A stretch of DNA of 61,928 nucleotides, counting the filler, from Basidiobolus meristosporus CBS 931.73 (Eukaryota > Fungi > Basidiobolomycota), in the NCBI GenBank assembly GCA_002104905.1. It is 2 parts of 2 records of this genome, joined end to end, with 100 filler letters (N's around TTAATTAATTAA, not from the genome) between each part and the next. Parts side by side here need not be neighbours in the genome. Positions count along the whole stretch, not along the records: positions 1 to 31,184 come from MCFE01000839.1; positions 31,285 to 61,928 come from MCFE01000847.1. One strand, 5' to 3'. The notes beneath the pieces were generated by a model. That model was not told the origin of the DNA and did no database searches. It worked only from the letters and a program-made list of their open reading frames with translations. A program made the translations under genes and the position numbers. Of this stretch, positions 24,171 to 36,985 are shown piece after piece; within the stretch, counting starts at the first letter, position 1, and the number at the start of each line of letters is the position of its first letter.

Positions 24171-27100
24171 CTCCCACTCAGCTAAATGTTCATACTGACT
24201 AGTCCTAATTTTGACCTAGGATATTCAAACTTGTCTCTAGCTAATGGTTTGGTAAATATGTCTGCAATCATTTCATTTGTAGGACAGTAAACTAAGCTAA
24301 CTAAGCTATTCTCTATAGCTTCACGTATGAAATGATGTCTAATATCTATGTGCTTGGTTCTAGCATGAAAAGTTGGATTTCTACCTAATTGTATACATCC
24401 TTGATTATCTAGAAATAAAGTAATAGGCGTTTTTTGACATAGGCCTAAATCTGTAAGGAGCTTTCTTGACCACATTGCTTCTTCTGTAGCTTCAAAGGCT
24501 GCCATATACTCTGCCTCTGTAGTAGAAAGTGCTACGGTTGGTTGCTTTCTTGAATTCCATGAAATTGCTCCTTTACATTAAAGAAAGGTGTATCCTGTGG
24601 TGGATCTTCTGTCTTCCAAATTTCGTCCCCAATCAGCATTAGAGTATCCCACAAGATCCTGTTCTGAATCCTTATAAGTGTATCTTAAGCAGATATCAGC
24701 AGTTCCTTTTAGGTATCTAAAAATCCGCTTAACTGCTGCAATATGATCAGATCCATAATTCTGATTATGTTGGCTGACAACTCCCACTAAATATGAGATA
24801 TCTGGACGTGTTCCAAGCATGATATACATCAGACTGCCAACCATAGATTGATAAGGAAAGTCAGGGCTTTCAGACAGCCACAAGCTCTCTTGATTTGGTT
24901 GAGTTTTCACCAAGTTAAGGTTTGTCTCCATTGGGGTAGCTGCCGGTTTACAGTCTTCCATTTTGTACTTCTTTAGTATATGTTGAATATACTTGGATTG
25001 GCTTAGGGTAATAGTCTGGGTACTTCTGTCTATGGAGAACTTAATCCCTAAGTAGCAACTAAGTTCTCCTAGATCAGACATCTTGACCTCCTTAGATAGG
25101 CTGGATTTAGTCTCTTCCAATGTTTCTAGGTTATTGGTCGCTATAATAAGATCATCCACATATAGAGCTAATAGAACTGGATTTGCTCTATCTGGCTTAT
25201 AGTATATACTATAGTCAGCATTACTTCTTTTGAAACTCAAAGATTCCAAGTAAGAATCTATCTTGCAATTCCAGGCTCTTGATGATTGTTTGAGACCATA
25301 TAGTGACTTTTCAAGCTTGCAGACCAAATGGGGGTTATCTTGGTCAACAAACCCATCAGGCTGGTCCATATACATGTCCTCATTAAGTTCTCCATTCAAA
25401 AATGCAGTTTTTACATCCATTTGATGAATAAAAAACTTATATTTGGCTGCAATAGCCAATATTAATCTGATGGAGTTAAACTTGGCTACCGGTGCAATGG
25501 TCTCAGTATAGTCAAGTCCTTTTGTTTGAGAGTATTCTTTGGCTACAAGTCTTGCTTTGTATCTTTCAATTGTACCATCAGCCTTGTATTTTGTCTAGAA
25601 GACCCATCTGCACCCAATTGATTTTTGGTTGATTGGTAATTTGACTAAGTCCCAAGTTTGATTTTCCATCAGTGCCTGATATTCCTCAGTCATTGCAGAT
25701 CTCCAAAACTTTGTCTGAGGGCTATTTAGGGCCTCTTTTACAGTCTGGGGCTCATCAACATGGACTGAATAGGCATAGGTCAAGTTTGTACCCTCATTGA
25801 TATAGTAATTTGGGCTATTTCTTGTCCAATTGGATCTCCGGGCATTTGATACTGGAATGATCACTTCTGGGATATTCCTGGGCACTGATTCTGGCTTAAC
25901 CATGGTTGTAGAGTCCTCTGGAGTGAAAAAATTTTCATTGTTTTGCTCTGATTCAATGCTGACAATTGGTGGACTTGAGATCAAATTTTTGTCATCATCT
26001 GATGTCATTTTTTGTGAAAATTTTGAATTTTCATCAAACAACACATCCCTGGACTTGATCAGCTTCTTTGCTTTGGTATTGTAGAGTCTGTATGCCCTAC
26101 TCTCATTGCAGTAGCCCAAAAATATGCATTTTACACTTTTTGGCTCAAATTTTGCCTGATTTCCGGCCAGTTTTTTGGCATATGCTGTACACCCAAATAT
26201 TCTTAGATGTTCTGCACTTGGTCTTTATCCATACCATGCTTCAAATGGAGTAGAATCACGAAGTATTCTGTTATAACTCCTATTTTTAAGGTATACAGCA
26301 GTGGCAACTGATTCCGCCCAAAAATCATAGGATAATTTTTGATCATGGATCATAGATCTTGGCATATCAATTATTGATCTGTTAGCTTGTTCTGCTACTC
26401 CATTTTGCTGTGGGGAGTATGGTACAGTAGTCTCTTGCTTTATCACATGAATTTTGCAGAAGTGGATGAAGAGTTTTGAGGTATATTCTCCACCATTGTC
26501 AGAGCGTATTTTCTTGATTTTTTCACCAGTTTCTCTCTCCACCATGGCTTTAAGCTCCCTGGACTTAGACAGAGCTTCTTCCTTTCTCTCCATGAAGTAG
26601 ACCCATGTGTATCTTGTATAATCATCAATAAAAGTGATTAAATACTTCATCCCACCTAAGGATAAATTTTGCATAGGTCCACACATATCTGAGTGAATTA
26701 GATCTAATTTTTTCTTAGTTTTGATTAACCCAGAGCTCTTGAACGGTTGTCTGGCTTGTTACCCATATATGCAGGCTTCACAGTGCTCCAAATTAGCTGG
26801 GGGATCAATTTTCACTCCAGAAATTAGCTGATCTTTGATCATTTTGCGCAAATAATCAAAATTGATGTACCCAAATCTCCTGTGCCAAAGCATTGGTGTT
26901 TCTTCATTTAAGTTACTTATATTGGCGTCCAGATATGATGGAATATAAGTCAACTTGTATGGATTCTGATCTCTGATGCCTGAAGCAATATGAGCACCAT
27001 TTTGATCAGTGATCCTGCATCCAGAATTGTCAAAACTGAAACTGAGTCCTTCTGCTGTGGCCTTGCTTACAGAGAGTAGGTTCTTGGCTATTTCTGGTAC

Positions 27101-28157
27101 ATAGAGTACTTCTTTAAAGGTCAGTGTATGGCTTCCTTCACTGCTTCTAAGGCTTACTTGGATAGTTCCTTCTCCCACTGCATCAAGTGTTCTATTGTCA
27201 ACCATGAAAACCTTCTTAATTGGAATTTCTTGATATAGGGTAATAGGTTCTTTTTGGTGTGTAAAGTGTTGAGAAGCTCCAGAGTCAATATACAACGTCT
27301 GAGAATCCTTGTTTGTCATCATACTTAGTGCAGATATGAATAGTCTATCTTCAGTTGTTGCAGCATTCCCATATTCAGGCTTCTTTTGCTGATAATCTCT
27401 CTTTTTGAGACACCGGTCTGATGTGTGTCCTTTCCTTTTGCAGTAGTTGCAAAATAGGTTGCTGTTGCCTTTGCAGGGTCTTGGGTACCTCCTTTGTTGG
27501 TTATCATTGCTTATTAAAGCATTTTCTTCTTCCTTCTTATTGGCGCTTGATTTTCTTAATTCTTCATCCAGGAGCCTTCCATATATGTAATTTAAGGACA
27601 AATCTTCAGTTATGGACTCTAGGGCTGATATAAGGCCCTGAAACTTGTCTGTCAGGCAATTCAGGATGGTAACTATCACATCCTTTTCAGTAGTTGGTAC
27701 ACCCACAGATTCCATCTCATCTACCAGCAGGGTAATTCTGTTAATTAGATTTTTCATTTCTTCTCCTGGCAGCATCTTTGTAGTATAGAATTTTCTTTGC
27801 AGATACAATTTCTTGGCAGCTGAACATGACTGGTAGGTGTCTTCTAATGCCTTTCAGGCATTCTTTGCCGTTTTTGCTCTTGAGCATTGAATTAGCAATT
27901 TGTCCTTGACATTAAGGTAAATGCAGTTAAAGGCCCTTTGTTCTTTCTTCTGGTACTTTAAGGCTTCCTCTCCCACATTTTTAGGAGGGCATTCTTCTCC
28001 CATGACAATATCGCAAAGGCCTCTTTCTTGTAGCAGTATCTTCATCTTCACCTTCCACACTTGGTAGTTAGAGTCATCCAACTTTTCAGCAGAGGGAAAA
28101 ATTCCAGTAATAGTAGTAGTAGACATTGCAGAGAGTGACAGCTCAGGGCTCATAACC

Positions 28158-28506
28158 TGTAGTAAGAGTCTAGGAGATATTGGAAGTGATTTAGAGAACA
28201 AGTAGATTATGTGGTTTTCACTTAATGATTTATTGAATGTAAAAGTAGTATTTATACTTTTACCTGGTCCTGGCATTACAAACACATAGGATAGGTTAAG
28301 GAAGGTCCCAAGAACATGTGTGCAAAGTTTGGGGCTGTTTGGACAATTTTGAGAATTTTCATGTTCTGGGTACCTGGTATTTTGGTGAAAATATTCTAAG
28401 TAAATCCCAACAAGGAATCTGGTCAGTATTCTCTAGGATTTGAAGGTGATGATCTAAGTGACCAAGTTAGGTGAATATTTTGGTGGAAATACAAATTTTT
28501 ACAACA
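28158..28506 (-). repeat. 5' LTR of C2
   Basis: ~96% identical to 23822-24170; followed on the minus strand by PBS GGTTATGAGCCCTG. Confidence 0.95.
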
Positions 28507-31184
28507 TGTCCAAGGTGGAATCATAGAGTAATACTGGGTCTCCTAGTGATAGTGGTTTTGGTCTTGTTGCGTGTGATTTGTCAAAGGGCACCTTGTTCTT
28601 CAGTTGTGTATCCTTAAGTTGTTCAGCAGCTCTGCTGATATTCAAGCCATGGTGATCAAGTTGCTGTATGCAAGTTGCAAGGAGGTCTTCAGTCTGCATA
28701 TAGGATCTCCAATTCAATGAGTTCCAAGTGACTGTGTTTAACTCAACTGGTAGTATGCAGTCATGTCCATAGAGTAGTTTGAGTGGCAATAATCCAGTTG
28801 TTCTCTTGGTAGTAATTCTATCTGCCCAGAGTGCAAGATGTAATTGTTGTGGCCACAGTGTTGTGTTATTCTCACAGGCCTTGACAAGAGAGTTCACCAA
28901 TGGTCCATGTCCTCTCTCTATCATTCCATTGGCTTGAGGGTGGTAAGCTGTTGTAAAAGCAATGTATATCTTGTACTTTGAGCACAACTCCTGGATCATT
29001 TGGGATGTCATCTCTCCTCTGTCAGCAACAAACTGTTGGATGCAGCCAAATCTGCAGATGATGTCTTCAAGTATAAATCTCCATATGGTATGGCTCTTGT
29101 TGTTGGGCAAGGCTCAAGCCTCTGCCCATCCACTGAGGTCATCTCTAGCAACAATCAGGTACTTTTTTGATCCAGCTGTTGGCATGTGGACAAGGTTAAT
29201 ACCAACCTTTTGCCATAGACAGATTTTGTAAGTAGGATGCAGTGGTTCTTCATAACGCTTGGAGGATCTCTTCTGGCAGGCTACACATGACTCAACAAAG
29301 TGTTGAATATCATAGTACATGTTTTCCCAGTAGTACCTCTGAGCTGTGGTATTGTAGGTGGCTTCTTGTCCTCTAGGTCCTCCTGGTTCTCCTTGGTGTC
29401 ATGATGTTCAGTTGCTCTTGAGGGGTAGTGACTACTCTTCTTGGCATAAGTCCAGGCTTCACTTGCTTAAAGAGAAGATCATCTTTAAGAGAGTAGTGGT
29501 GTGCCTTCTTCCTGACTTTTCTAAACTCCTGAATTTCCATCCAACTAGGTTTCTTAAGTGTCCTTAGATATTCCTTGATCAGACTCCAGGTAGTTCTCTC
29601 TTGGTCTTTGATGGCAATCTGTCGGATCTCTGCATCAATAATATCATCACAGTGAGGGTCCAAGTCTTCAATTAATTGTGGTCCCTTCCTGGAGAGTGCA
29701 TCAGCCACAACATTTGTCTTGCCAGGGATATGTCTGACCTCAAAGTCAAACATTTTCAGCCATGCCATCCATTGGTTTGTGGCATCTTCAGGTAGGTCAG
29801 GCTTGTTGATCATTCCTACAAGTGGCTTGGCATCTGTCTCCAGGATAAAATGTGTCATGTAGAGTTGTGACTTCAGTTTCCTCAGCATCTTTGCAACTCC
29901 TATTAGTTCTCTCTAATCTGTGAGTATCTTTGTTCTCTAGGAGAGAACAGGCAGCTCTCATATCTGCAGGCATAGCAGTTGCCATTTTCATCATCTTGTC
30001 CAAGTAGTGTTCCAGCTCCTATAAGGCTTGCATCCACTGTCAAAATAGGTGGGCATTTGTGTTTTGATAGTCAAAAGGTCTTAGAACTGGTGGAGTTACT
30101 AAGGCCTCTTTCAGTAATTGCATGGCTTCTTCTTGCTCTTCTCCCCAGATAAATGGGGTATTCTTTTCTGTAGTTGGTAGATTGGTTCTGCTATTGCAGA
30201 GAATCTTGGGATCCAGATCCTGAAGAACCCACAAGCTGCCACAAAGCCACAAGCTTGTGTTAGACTTGTGGGGGTAGGCCAGTTGCATATCTTTTGTGTC
30301 TTGGAATCTCCAGGTGAACAACCAAAGGTGTTGCATTTTTGTCCAACAATGGATATCTCTGATACACCAAAGCTGCTTTTCTCACCACTGATGGTGAGTC
30401 CAGCTTCTTCAATGGCTCCTAATATGGCATCATTGTCTGATATATGGTCATAGACAAACTTTCTTACTCCAGGCATGACTTCAGTGGTGTCCCAGGTTTT
30501 TGGTCCTTTGATGCCTATGTCATCAACAAAGACAGCAAGTTTCTCAGGTATAAACTGGTATAGCACATTCACCATGCATCTCTGGAACTGAGCCACAGAG
30601 TTTGTAGCCCCTTGGCTGAGTCTTGTCATCCTTAAAAGTCCAAATGGTGACTGTAGTGCAAGCATATCTCTTGATGTCTCATCAAGGGGAATCTGGCCAT
30701 ATCCTGAGTAGAGATCATATGTTGAGTAGATGGAGTGGCCACTAAAGCTTTCTGCAAAGTCATCAATAGATGGAGGTATAGCAGCATCTCTGATAGTGAC
30801 AGCATTTGCAGGTTGCATGTCTTGAATGAATTGGAGCTTTCCATTCTTCTTTTTGGTCACAAACCATCTGTTAGCATAGGGTCCATGGCAAGGTTCTAGG
30901 ATACCAGCTTCTATCTTCTTCTTAAGTAGGTCATGCACATCAGCTTGGAGTCCTCTGGGCAGTGGGTAAGGCTTAAATGACTAGGGTGTGTGGGGCACTG
31001 TATGAATCTTGATAGGTGTTTCAACGAGTGTCTTTAAGAGCCCCATCTCCTTGTAAATATATGAGAAAACCTTATCATGCCTTTTCAAGGTTTCTTCAAA
31101 TAATAGTATCTCTTCTGGTGTAAGATTTCCATCAGCAAAGAGGTTCGTCAACGTCAACATAGGTGGAGAGGCTGATAATATTGG

Positions 31185-31284
31185 NNNNNNNNNNNNNNNN
31201 NNNNNNNNNNNNNNNNNNNNNNNNNNNNTTAATTAATTAANNNNNNNNNNNNNNNNNNNNNNNNNNNNNNNNNNNNNNNNNNNN
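31185..31284. other. Artificial contig spacer
   Basis: 44 N + TTAATTAATTAA (stops in all six frames) + 44 N = exactly 100 bp. Confidence 0.97.
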
Positions 31285-31399
31285 TCATCAATAACCTCAT
31301 TGATTGGTTAGCAGTGTTTGGAGTCAATGGATAGTAAAGCACAACATACTCACACTTGTAGCGTGCTTTTTTCACTGAAATAAGATGACCTGTTGGTGA

Positions 31400-32150
31400 C
31401 TGTCTCCCCCCCCTACCGGTATGTAGTTTGCCAACTATTGTTCTCTGAATTTCACTACTTGGAGAACGTCACTGTTGATCATTTTATCTTGCCTGACCTG
31501 TCTACCGGCTGAAGCATGTTGAAAAATATTTGTCTTGCTTGCTGCTTCCACTATAGATAAGACCATTAGGATTACTCTTGACCACATCCGCGCACTTGCT
31601 TCCACGCCAATTGTGCAAGAGAACAACACCACAGAGATGAAGAATCCATATGATGGCTTTCCTGTTTGTAATCCCGCATGGTTCTCTAGGGAGGTGGTGT
31701 CTGGACAAGCCCCTTCAGCCATTGAGGATAGCAATGTAGCCAATGGTGCTTATCACACATCCAAAGTTTAGGCAGTGTGCAAACATTGAGAATAACGGAA
31801 GTCATCTATTGCTTTCATGGCAAGTCCCCTGTTTTGGAGAGCGAGTTTGCATGATCCCACATGGCCCTGGCTCTTAATATAACACAATCATCCCTGCTGT
31901 CTCCGCTCTGATTGACACCGCCATTGTCATTACCTTCAAAATCACAGCTTCCAGCCCCATTTCCGTTATTACCACCATCGCCAACCCCTCTGCTCCCACC
32001 ATCACTACCGCCGCTACTGTTACCAGTAGTAAAAGCACTACTACCATAACTACCATTCCTATTATCACCACTGATACCGCTATTTCCATTGCCAGTGCTG
32101 CCACCTCCTAGTTTTAGCCATCAAGGCCTTTTCCTCCGCATTATTTAAGC
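31400..32150. other. CpG-containing host-like segment with a low-complexity tract (S/T/I-rich on +, G/N/S-rich on -); possible gene fragment
   Basis: Many CpGs, unlike the flanking TEs; GTATGT donor-like site at ~31419; no recognisable domain. Confidence 0.25.
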
Positions 32151-33604
32151 AGGCTCTGTTACATGGCTGCGTACAATTGACCAATGGATGACTGAAACTA
32201 ATTTTATGTGATATATGATACCTGTTGCTTGACTAGTATGAAGTTAGTGTCACAAATAAATCAATGGTAACTTGAGTAGCATAGAGAAAGCAGTAGAAGT
32301 ATGGCAACTTTCTGAGGGAATTTGCCATCCAGTCACGCAGCATTCCTTCCTCTTGCTTGTTGCAGCAATCATATCTTTGTGAATCTCAGGTATCTCACAC
32401 CAACAACATATGTGCTGAGCAGTTGGGAGCATGTTATCAGGAGGCAGTGGCTTCCAACAAAGAAGACCAATCCTTGACTGAGAATGAAGGCGACTTAGAT
32501 ATGAGTGATAGAGCACTGATAAATAAAGTTGTAAAGAATTAACATTTTTAATGACTGCTTTTCCAGTAAGGCCAATGCATTATTGAACCTTAAGTAGTTT
32601 GACAAAGCATAGGTCATCAATTAGACCCTCTGTCCACCCATCATGAATGTAAGAGATTTGCTTGGTGGTTATACTCTGACTTGCCAGCCTCATGTGCTTT
32701 GAAGTCATTAAAAGCCATTGTTGAGTACTATATAGAACAATGCACCTCAATATGGCTTCATGTTCCTGTGTGCTATTAGCCAGCCTTTGCTCCTTTCATA
32801 AGTAAGTAAACAACTGAGTTCCATACCAATCACACACAAGAATGAAGGCAGCAAGTGAAGCTAAGATATAAACATTTTGAATATCTTTATGTACATTCAG
32901 ATCTACCACCACATGCATATACAGAAAGTTTGGAACACAGAATTTCCAGCAGTTCTCATCTAGCATATGCACTCATTTATAGCACCTCTAGGCCACATCA
33001 AAGAGTCAGCTTGTAATTCTCAAGCTCATACTGGTTTATAAATTTTGCTTCAAATATTGTTTTATTTACCAAAGTGATATTGTGTAGCTATAGTAGCAGA
33101 GTCGCTTTCCTCTGCACTGAATACTTGCATCTTAAATTGAAACTATTGATTCATGACTAAGCAATACAGTTGTTCTATTGTTGGTATATATTGGTGACTA
33201 TTTATGGCTCAATCAATGTGGTATTATTTATGATATACATAGATCACTTTTGTCAGTATACACACATATTCTGAAGAGCATTACCAACATGCACTGGAAC
33301 TAAGGCATCTCACTCATTGCAATGTTATATAAAATCAAGGAGTGCTCAGCATCCTGAAGGAGCCCAACACTCAATACAATATGCCTAATTCACCAGGTTG
33401 CATGAGTATCCATACCTTGTGCACCATCAAGATTCTCAAGGATACATTGAATTCACCCTAATATAGATGGGCTAGTCTTTATGAGTAATGATGAAAGGCT
33501 GCTATGTATTGGTAATATCCATGGTAAGTGTTGAAGGAATGCCTAAAATTGTAGACAAAGGCAGCTAAACTTTATGTGAGCAACTTAGACACATGCTATC
33601 AGTT

Positions 33605-33947
33605 TGTTGCAGGAGTCTTGGAGATATTGGAGTTTATTGAGTAAGTAGATTATTTAGCATTCACTTGATGATATGTTTTAAGTAAAAGTAGTATTTGTAC
33701 TTTTGGACACTTTTTGCAAGACAAGCAAGTAAAATATACTTAGGAATGTTCCAAGAGTATGTGTGCAAAGTTTGGGGCTGTATTGGCTACTTGGAGACAT
33801 TTCATTTCCTAAGTGCCTGTACTTTGGGGTGGAGCTATTCCAAGTGAACCCCAACAAGGAACTTGGTTGGAGCTCTCTTAGACCTGTAGGCTATAATCTA
33901 AGTGATCAAGTTAGGTGGATGTTTAGGTGTAATTACAAGATTTACCA
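33605..33947 (-). repeat. Degenerate LTR of the C2/C3 family
   Basis: Roughly 75-80% similar to 23822-24170 throughout; no TSD match. Confidence 0.75.
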
Positions 33948-35574
33948 TGTAATATATTTGCTGTAGACAATAGTTTTGAGTGCTTGCATATCTAGTTCAT
34001 TGTCTTGAGCATACATTAGAAGACACAATGCAATATGCATGGAGCTCTGGGCCCAGTATACTTTGTCAGGAGTATAACCCCAGCTTCAGTGATCCAACCA
34101 AAAAGCACCTGTATAGTACACCCAGCCCTCCATTTGGTTTTTGATATTACCATATCCTATTCTCTTCTACTGCCTTTTGGTTCAGTCCAATCTTGACTAT
34201 ATAAGCTCCCAAGCTTCAGGTCTAGCAAATTTCTGGTTGAGGCAGAGAGATGATGGTAAAGAAAATGCTGTGTACCTGAATCATAAGCATTATCACTGTC
34301 AAAACTTAATTGTTCATATATGGTTAGAACTGATTAACAGAGTCAAAAAATCTTTTAATAGGTTCATTGTCTCATCATGGTAATGGTAAATGCCAAATGT
34401 TGACCTCTAAGTGCTCACTCAACTCAAGTGACCCTGGTGAAGCGGTACCAATGCAGTGCCCTTGCCTCCCCATGACAGTCTAAAATGCAATCCTGAACAA
34501 GGAGTGAAGGAACATACTGCGGGCCTTTACATCAAGAAATTGGCCAGGATTGACTTCATTACCCTGACATTCAATGCCGCCAACCAAGGCAAGAATGAAG
34601 GTCTCAACCACAGCGTGAAGGACTTAAATCTAGCTATCTTGGATGAGGCTGATACCTCTGCATCAGGAGGATATGCCACATGTGTCGTATAAACTTATTT
34701 TATGGGGAGAAGCTATGCATAGCAGTCATTTATTCAATGACTTGGAGTGTGGCGCCTTCCTGCTTAGTGATGGAACATGGGTACCAATGGGCTCGCATAT
34801 CAAACCCTCATTCAGGCAAGCTACACTGATAAATTAATTGTGGAAATCACGGAGTTTGATAGAACGCCCTCCAGGTTTTCGAGTGTATTGGCACAGTCAA
34901 TGCCGAACACATATAACTAATCAAAAGTGCGTATATTGCAACAAGAAAGCCCAAGGTAACCTCAACTAATCCATGTACTATCCACTCAATATTGTCGACT
35001 CTTGACAAATAACAAATAAATTTATTCTCACCATAACCATGACCGTCGTAGGTGCTCACCAATCAGCAACAACTGTAAATTCTTGTTATAACAGGTTAAT
35101 TTGATAAGCTTGACTGTAGTGACTGAGCTCGTAACTCGGCGCTGTTCTCTAGTTGCGGCAGGGTCAAGTCAACACCTTCCAGGGAATGAGTAAGAGACAC
35201 TTGGCTTAGAGGTGGAACAAAGATACCAGAGCGCGTGCATATTAAGCTCACAGGCCCAAATAAGCTACATTGATACAAATACCCATTGAAGTGGTCCGTT
35301 ATGACTTTGGAATCTATCGGCAGTAATTTTAAGCTCGGGGTTACTTCCCATTAGTAAATAATACGGACAGTTTAGGCAAACACAGATAATTTTGAATGTT
35401 ATTAAGGATATCATTGACCAGATCGCCCGCGTTCTTCACACTACGAAGTGCAATCTATACTGCGTAGCTTTGGTACGAAGAAGTATGGTAGCAAACGGTA
35501 AGGCAACCAGGTCAAATCAATCTAGCTTGCATAAAGCTAGTGCTATGAGCGAAGCCTAATTCAGTGGGATCGAG

Positions 35575-35587
35575 AAGGTGATATAAA
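35575..35587 (+). promoter_or_regulatory. Extended TATA motif AAGGTGATATAAA of gene A
   Basis: 35 bp before the ATG; recurs at ~38096, ~46269 and ~49689, in variant form at ~43190, and on the minus strand at 41729-41741. Confidence 0.6.
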
Positions 35588-35622
35588 TCGAGAAAATTCA
35601 CACGAGACTCCACCAGCCAGTC

Positions 35623-36147
35623 ATGCAGCTTTCCCTCCTTTTGCTAGTTTCCGCCATCGCTTCGTTGCAAGCAATCTCCGCTTCCCCACTCGGTGACTCC
35701 CAGGTAGCGTTCACCAATGAGCCGTGTGTCGAACAACAGGATGCTTGTTATCAGAACACTTCGGCCCCCAGTCAAGAATACCAGCCATCAACTGAGGAGG
35801 GGGATGATTCGGAGATGAGTGAGCCAATGCAAACAAGCGAGAGTTCGGGTGAGCAGCCAGGATTCTCTGGGTTGCAAGGGTTCGACATTTCCAACCTTCA
35901 ACCATCTCAGGCCTTACTGGACGACATCAATGGTCATTCCTCCAGTAAAGCCAATGCCTTGTCCAACTCAAACCAGTTCGACCAAGCGCAAGTCATCGAC
36001 CAAACCCTCTACCAGCCCAAGCAGCAACAGTCACAAATTATCATCACTCAGCCAGCAGCGCGTGCGCTTAGAGGTGGGTACAAGAAGTATAAGAGATCTG
36101 CTCGTCGCCACTTCAAAGTTAGATATTTCAGTGGAAACAGACATTAA
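35623..36147 (+). CDS. Secreted protein A1 (174 aa): signal peptide, PC-x6-CYQN loop, acidic/Q-rich body, cationic C-tail
   Basis: Hydrophobic N-terminus MQLSLLLLVSAIASLQAISA|SP; ORF conserved in the A2 copy (12 aa differences, no frameshift); TATA upstream. Confidence 0.85.
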   Translation: MQLSLLLLVSAIASLQAISASPLGDSQVAFTNEPCVEQQDACYQNTSAPSQEYQPSTEEGDDSEMSEPMQTSESSGEQPGFSGLQGFDISNLQPSQALLDDINGHSSSKANALSNSNQFDQAQVIDQTLYQPKQQQSQIIITQPAARALRGGYKKYKRSARRHFKVRYFSGNRH

Positions 36148-36487
36148 GTCTAGTAAAAGTAAATTTACCAAATAAAATGGGCAACATATTACTCGGTATA
36201 CTGATAATGTACAGTACTCAAGAATTTGCTGATATGCACACGCAGAAATAGCGTCCCTTATCGTTGTATATATTGAAGAGAATTATGGGCAGCGGTGATA
36301 GAACCATGTATATACACAGAGGCTGTCATTCCAGTACATGCGTTTTATATGTTACAGGTTTCCTCTGCAAAGTCCATAACAGAATGTAACAAGACTCACT
36401 TTATGCCCTCGGCTTAACCTTATTATATAGCCTCCCATGCTATATAGCGGCCTATGCAACTAACTTATTTCTCAGCTATTCTTCAGC

Positions 36488-36985
36488 ATGCGCTCTACTA
36501 CCATAACAGTGATTCTAAGCCTTGCCGCTCTTCAAGTTGCCGTTGCTGCCCCAATCGGCTGTTCTTCTCCATGCACTCGCGAGTATAGAAGGGTGCATTA
36601 TCGCAGCTTACCATGTGCACAGTATGCGAGTGATTGCTACCAAAACGCTCGAGTTTTGCCTGTCGTTAAGACAACGAATGTCCAATCCCCGTTATTGCGC
36701 CAGGTTTTCACCACTGTGACCAGAAAGCACGATAACCTGAACATTGCTAACGCCAACAGCAACAAAGGCTTCAATGTCAAGTATCAAGCAGGACCCAGTC
36801 TCGAACTGGAGGGCGGGGCCAAGGCATTAGAATACGCCAAGCAAAAGGGAGCGGAACACTCGGACGATAGCTCTTTCTCTCCCTACGTTCTGATGCAGCC
36901 CACCCAAGATGTACAATACACAACCCCTGTGGCAGAGATGCAATGCGTAGAAGATTGTCCAGAGCAAAACGTTCAATACAATTAG
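36488..36985 (+). CDS. Secreted protein B1 (165 aa, 6 Cys)
   Basis: Signal peptide MRSTTITVILSLAALQVAVA|AP; ORF conserved in B3 (5 aa differences); TATA-like motifs at ~36422-36447. Confidence 0.85.
   Translation: MRSTTITVILSLAALQVAVAAPIGCSSPCTREYRRVHYRSLPCAQYASDCYQNARVLPVVKTTNVQSPLLRQVFTTVTRKHDNLNIANANSNKGFNVKYQAGPSLELEGGAKALEYAKQKGAEHSDDSSFSPYVLMQPTQDVQYTTPVAEMQCVEDCPEQNVQYN

Larger units (their letters stand above)
23822..28506 (-). mobile_element. Full-length Ty1/Copia C2 (4685 bp), coding region inactivated
   Basis: Two 349-bp LTRs (~15 differences); TGTCC TSD at 23817-23821 and 28507-28511; PBS 28144-28157; PPT at 24171; gag-PR-IN-RT-RH with several stops and frameshifts. Confidence 0.97.
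22535..31184 (-). mobile_element. Ty3/Gypsy retrotransposon G4 (RT-RNase H-integrase, 3' LTR), split by Copia C2 and cut by the assembly spacer
   Basis: RT (YDLYSGYGQI, LSQGATNS, VFVDDIGIKGP), RNase H (FILETDAKPL, WMAWLKMFDF), integrase (YHPQANGMIER, KWTGPY); PPT at 23605-23620. Confidence 0.92.

Noticed and set aside
31229-31240. Perfect palindrome TTAATTAATTAA
   Set aside because: Synthetic spacer flanked by 44 N on each side, not biological
34847-35062. Hydrophobic minus-strand ORF (copy at 42386-42577) as a membrane-protein gene
   Set aside because: The copies disagree in frame and termini and there is no ATG start; at best an old pseudogene
35722-35757. CYQN motif as vasopressin/oxytocin-like mimicry
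   Set aside because: Loop size and Cys placement differ from CYxQNC, and there is no Gly-Lys-Arg amidation signal at the loop
35819-36175. Overlapping alternative-frame and antisense ORFs over A and B (e.g. 35819-36175, 36522-36719, 36777-37046)
   Set aside because: Shadows of the main ORFs, conserved only because the DNA is duplicated; no signal peptide or independent support
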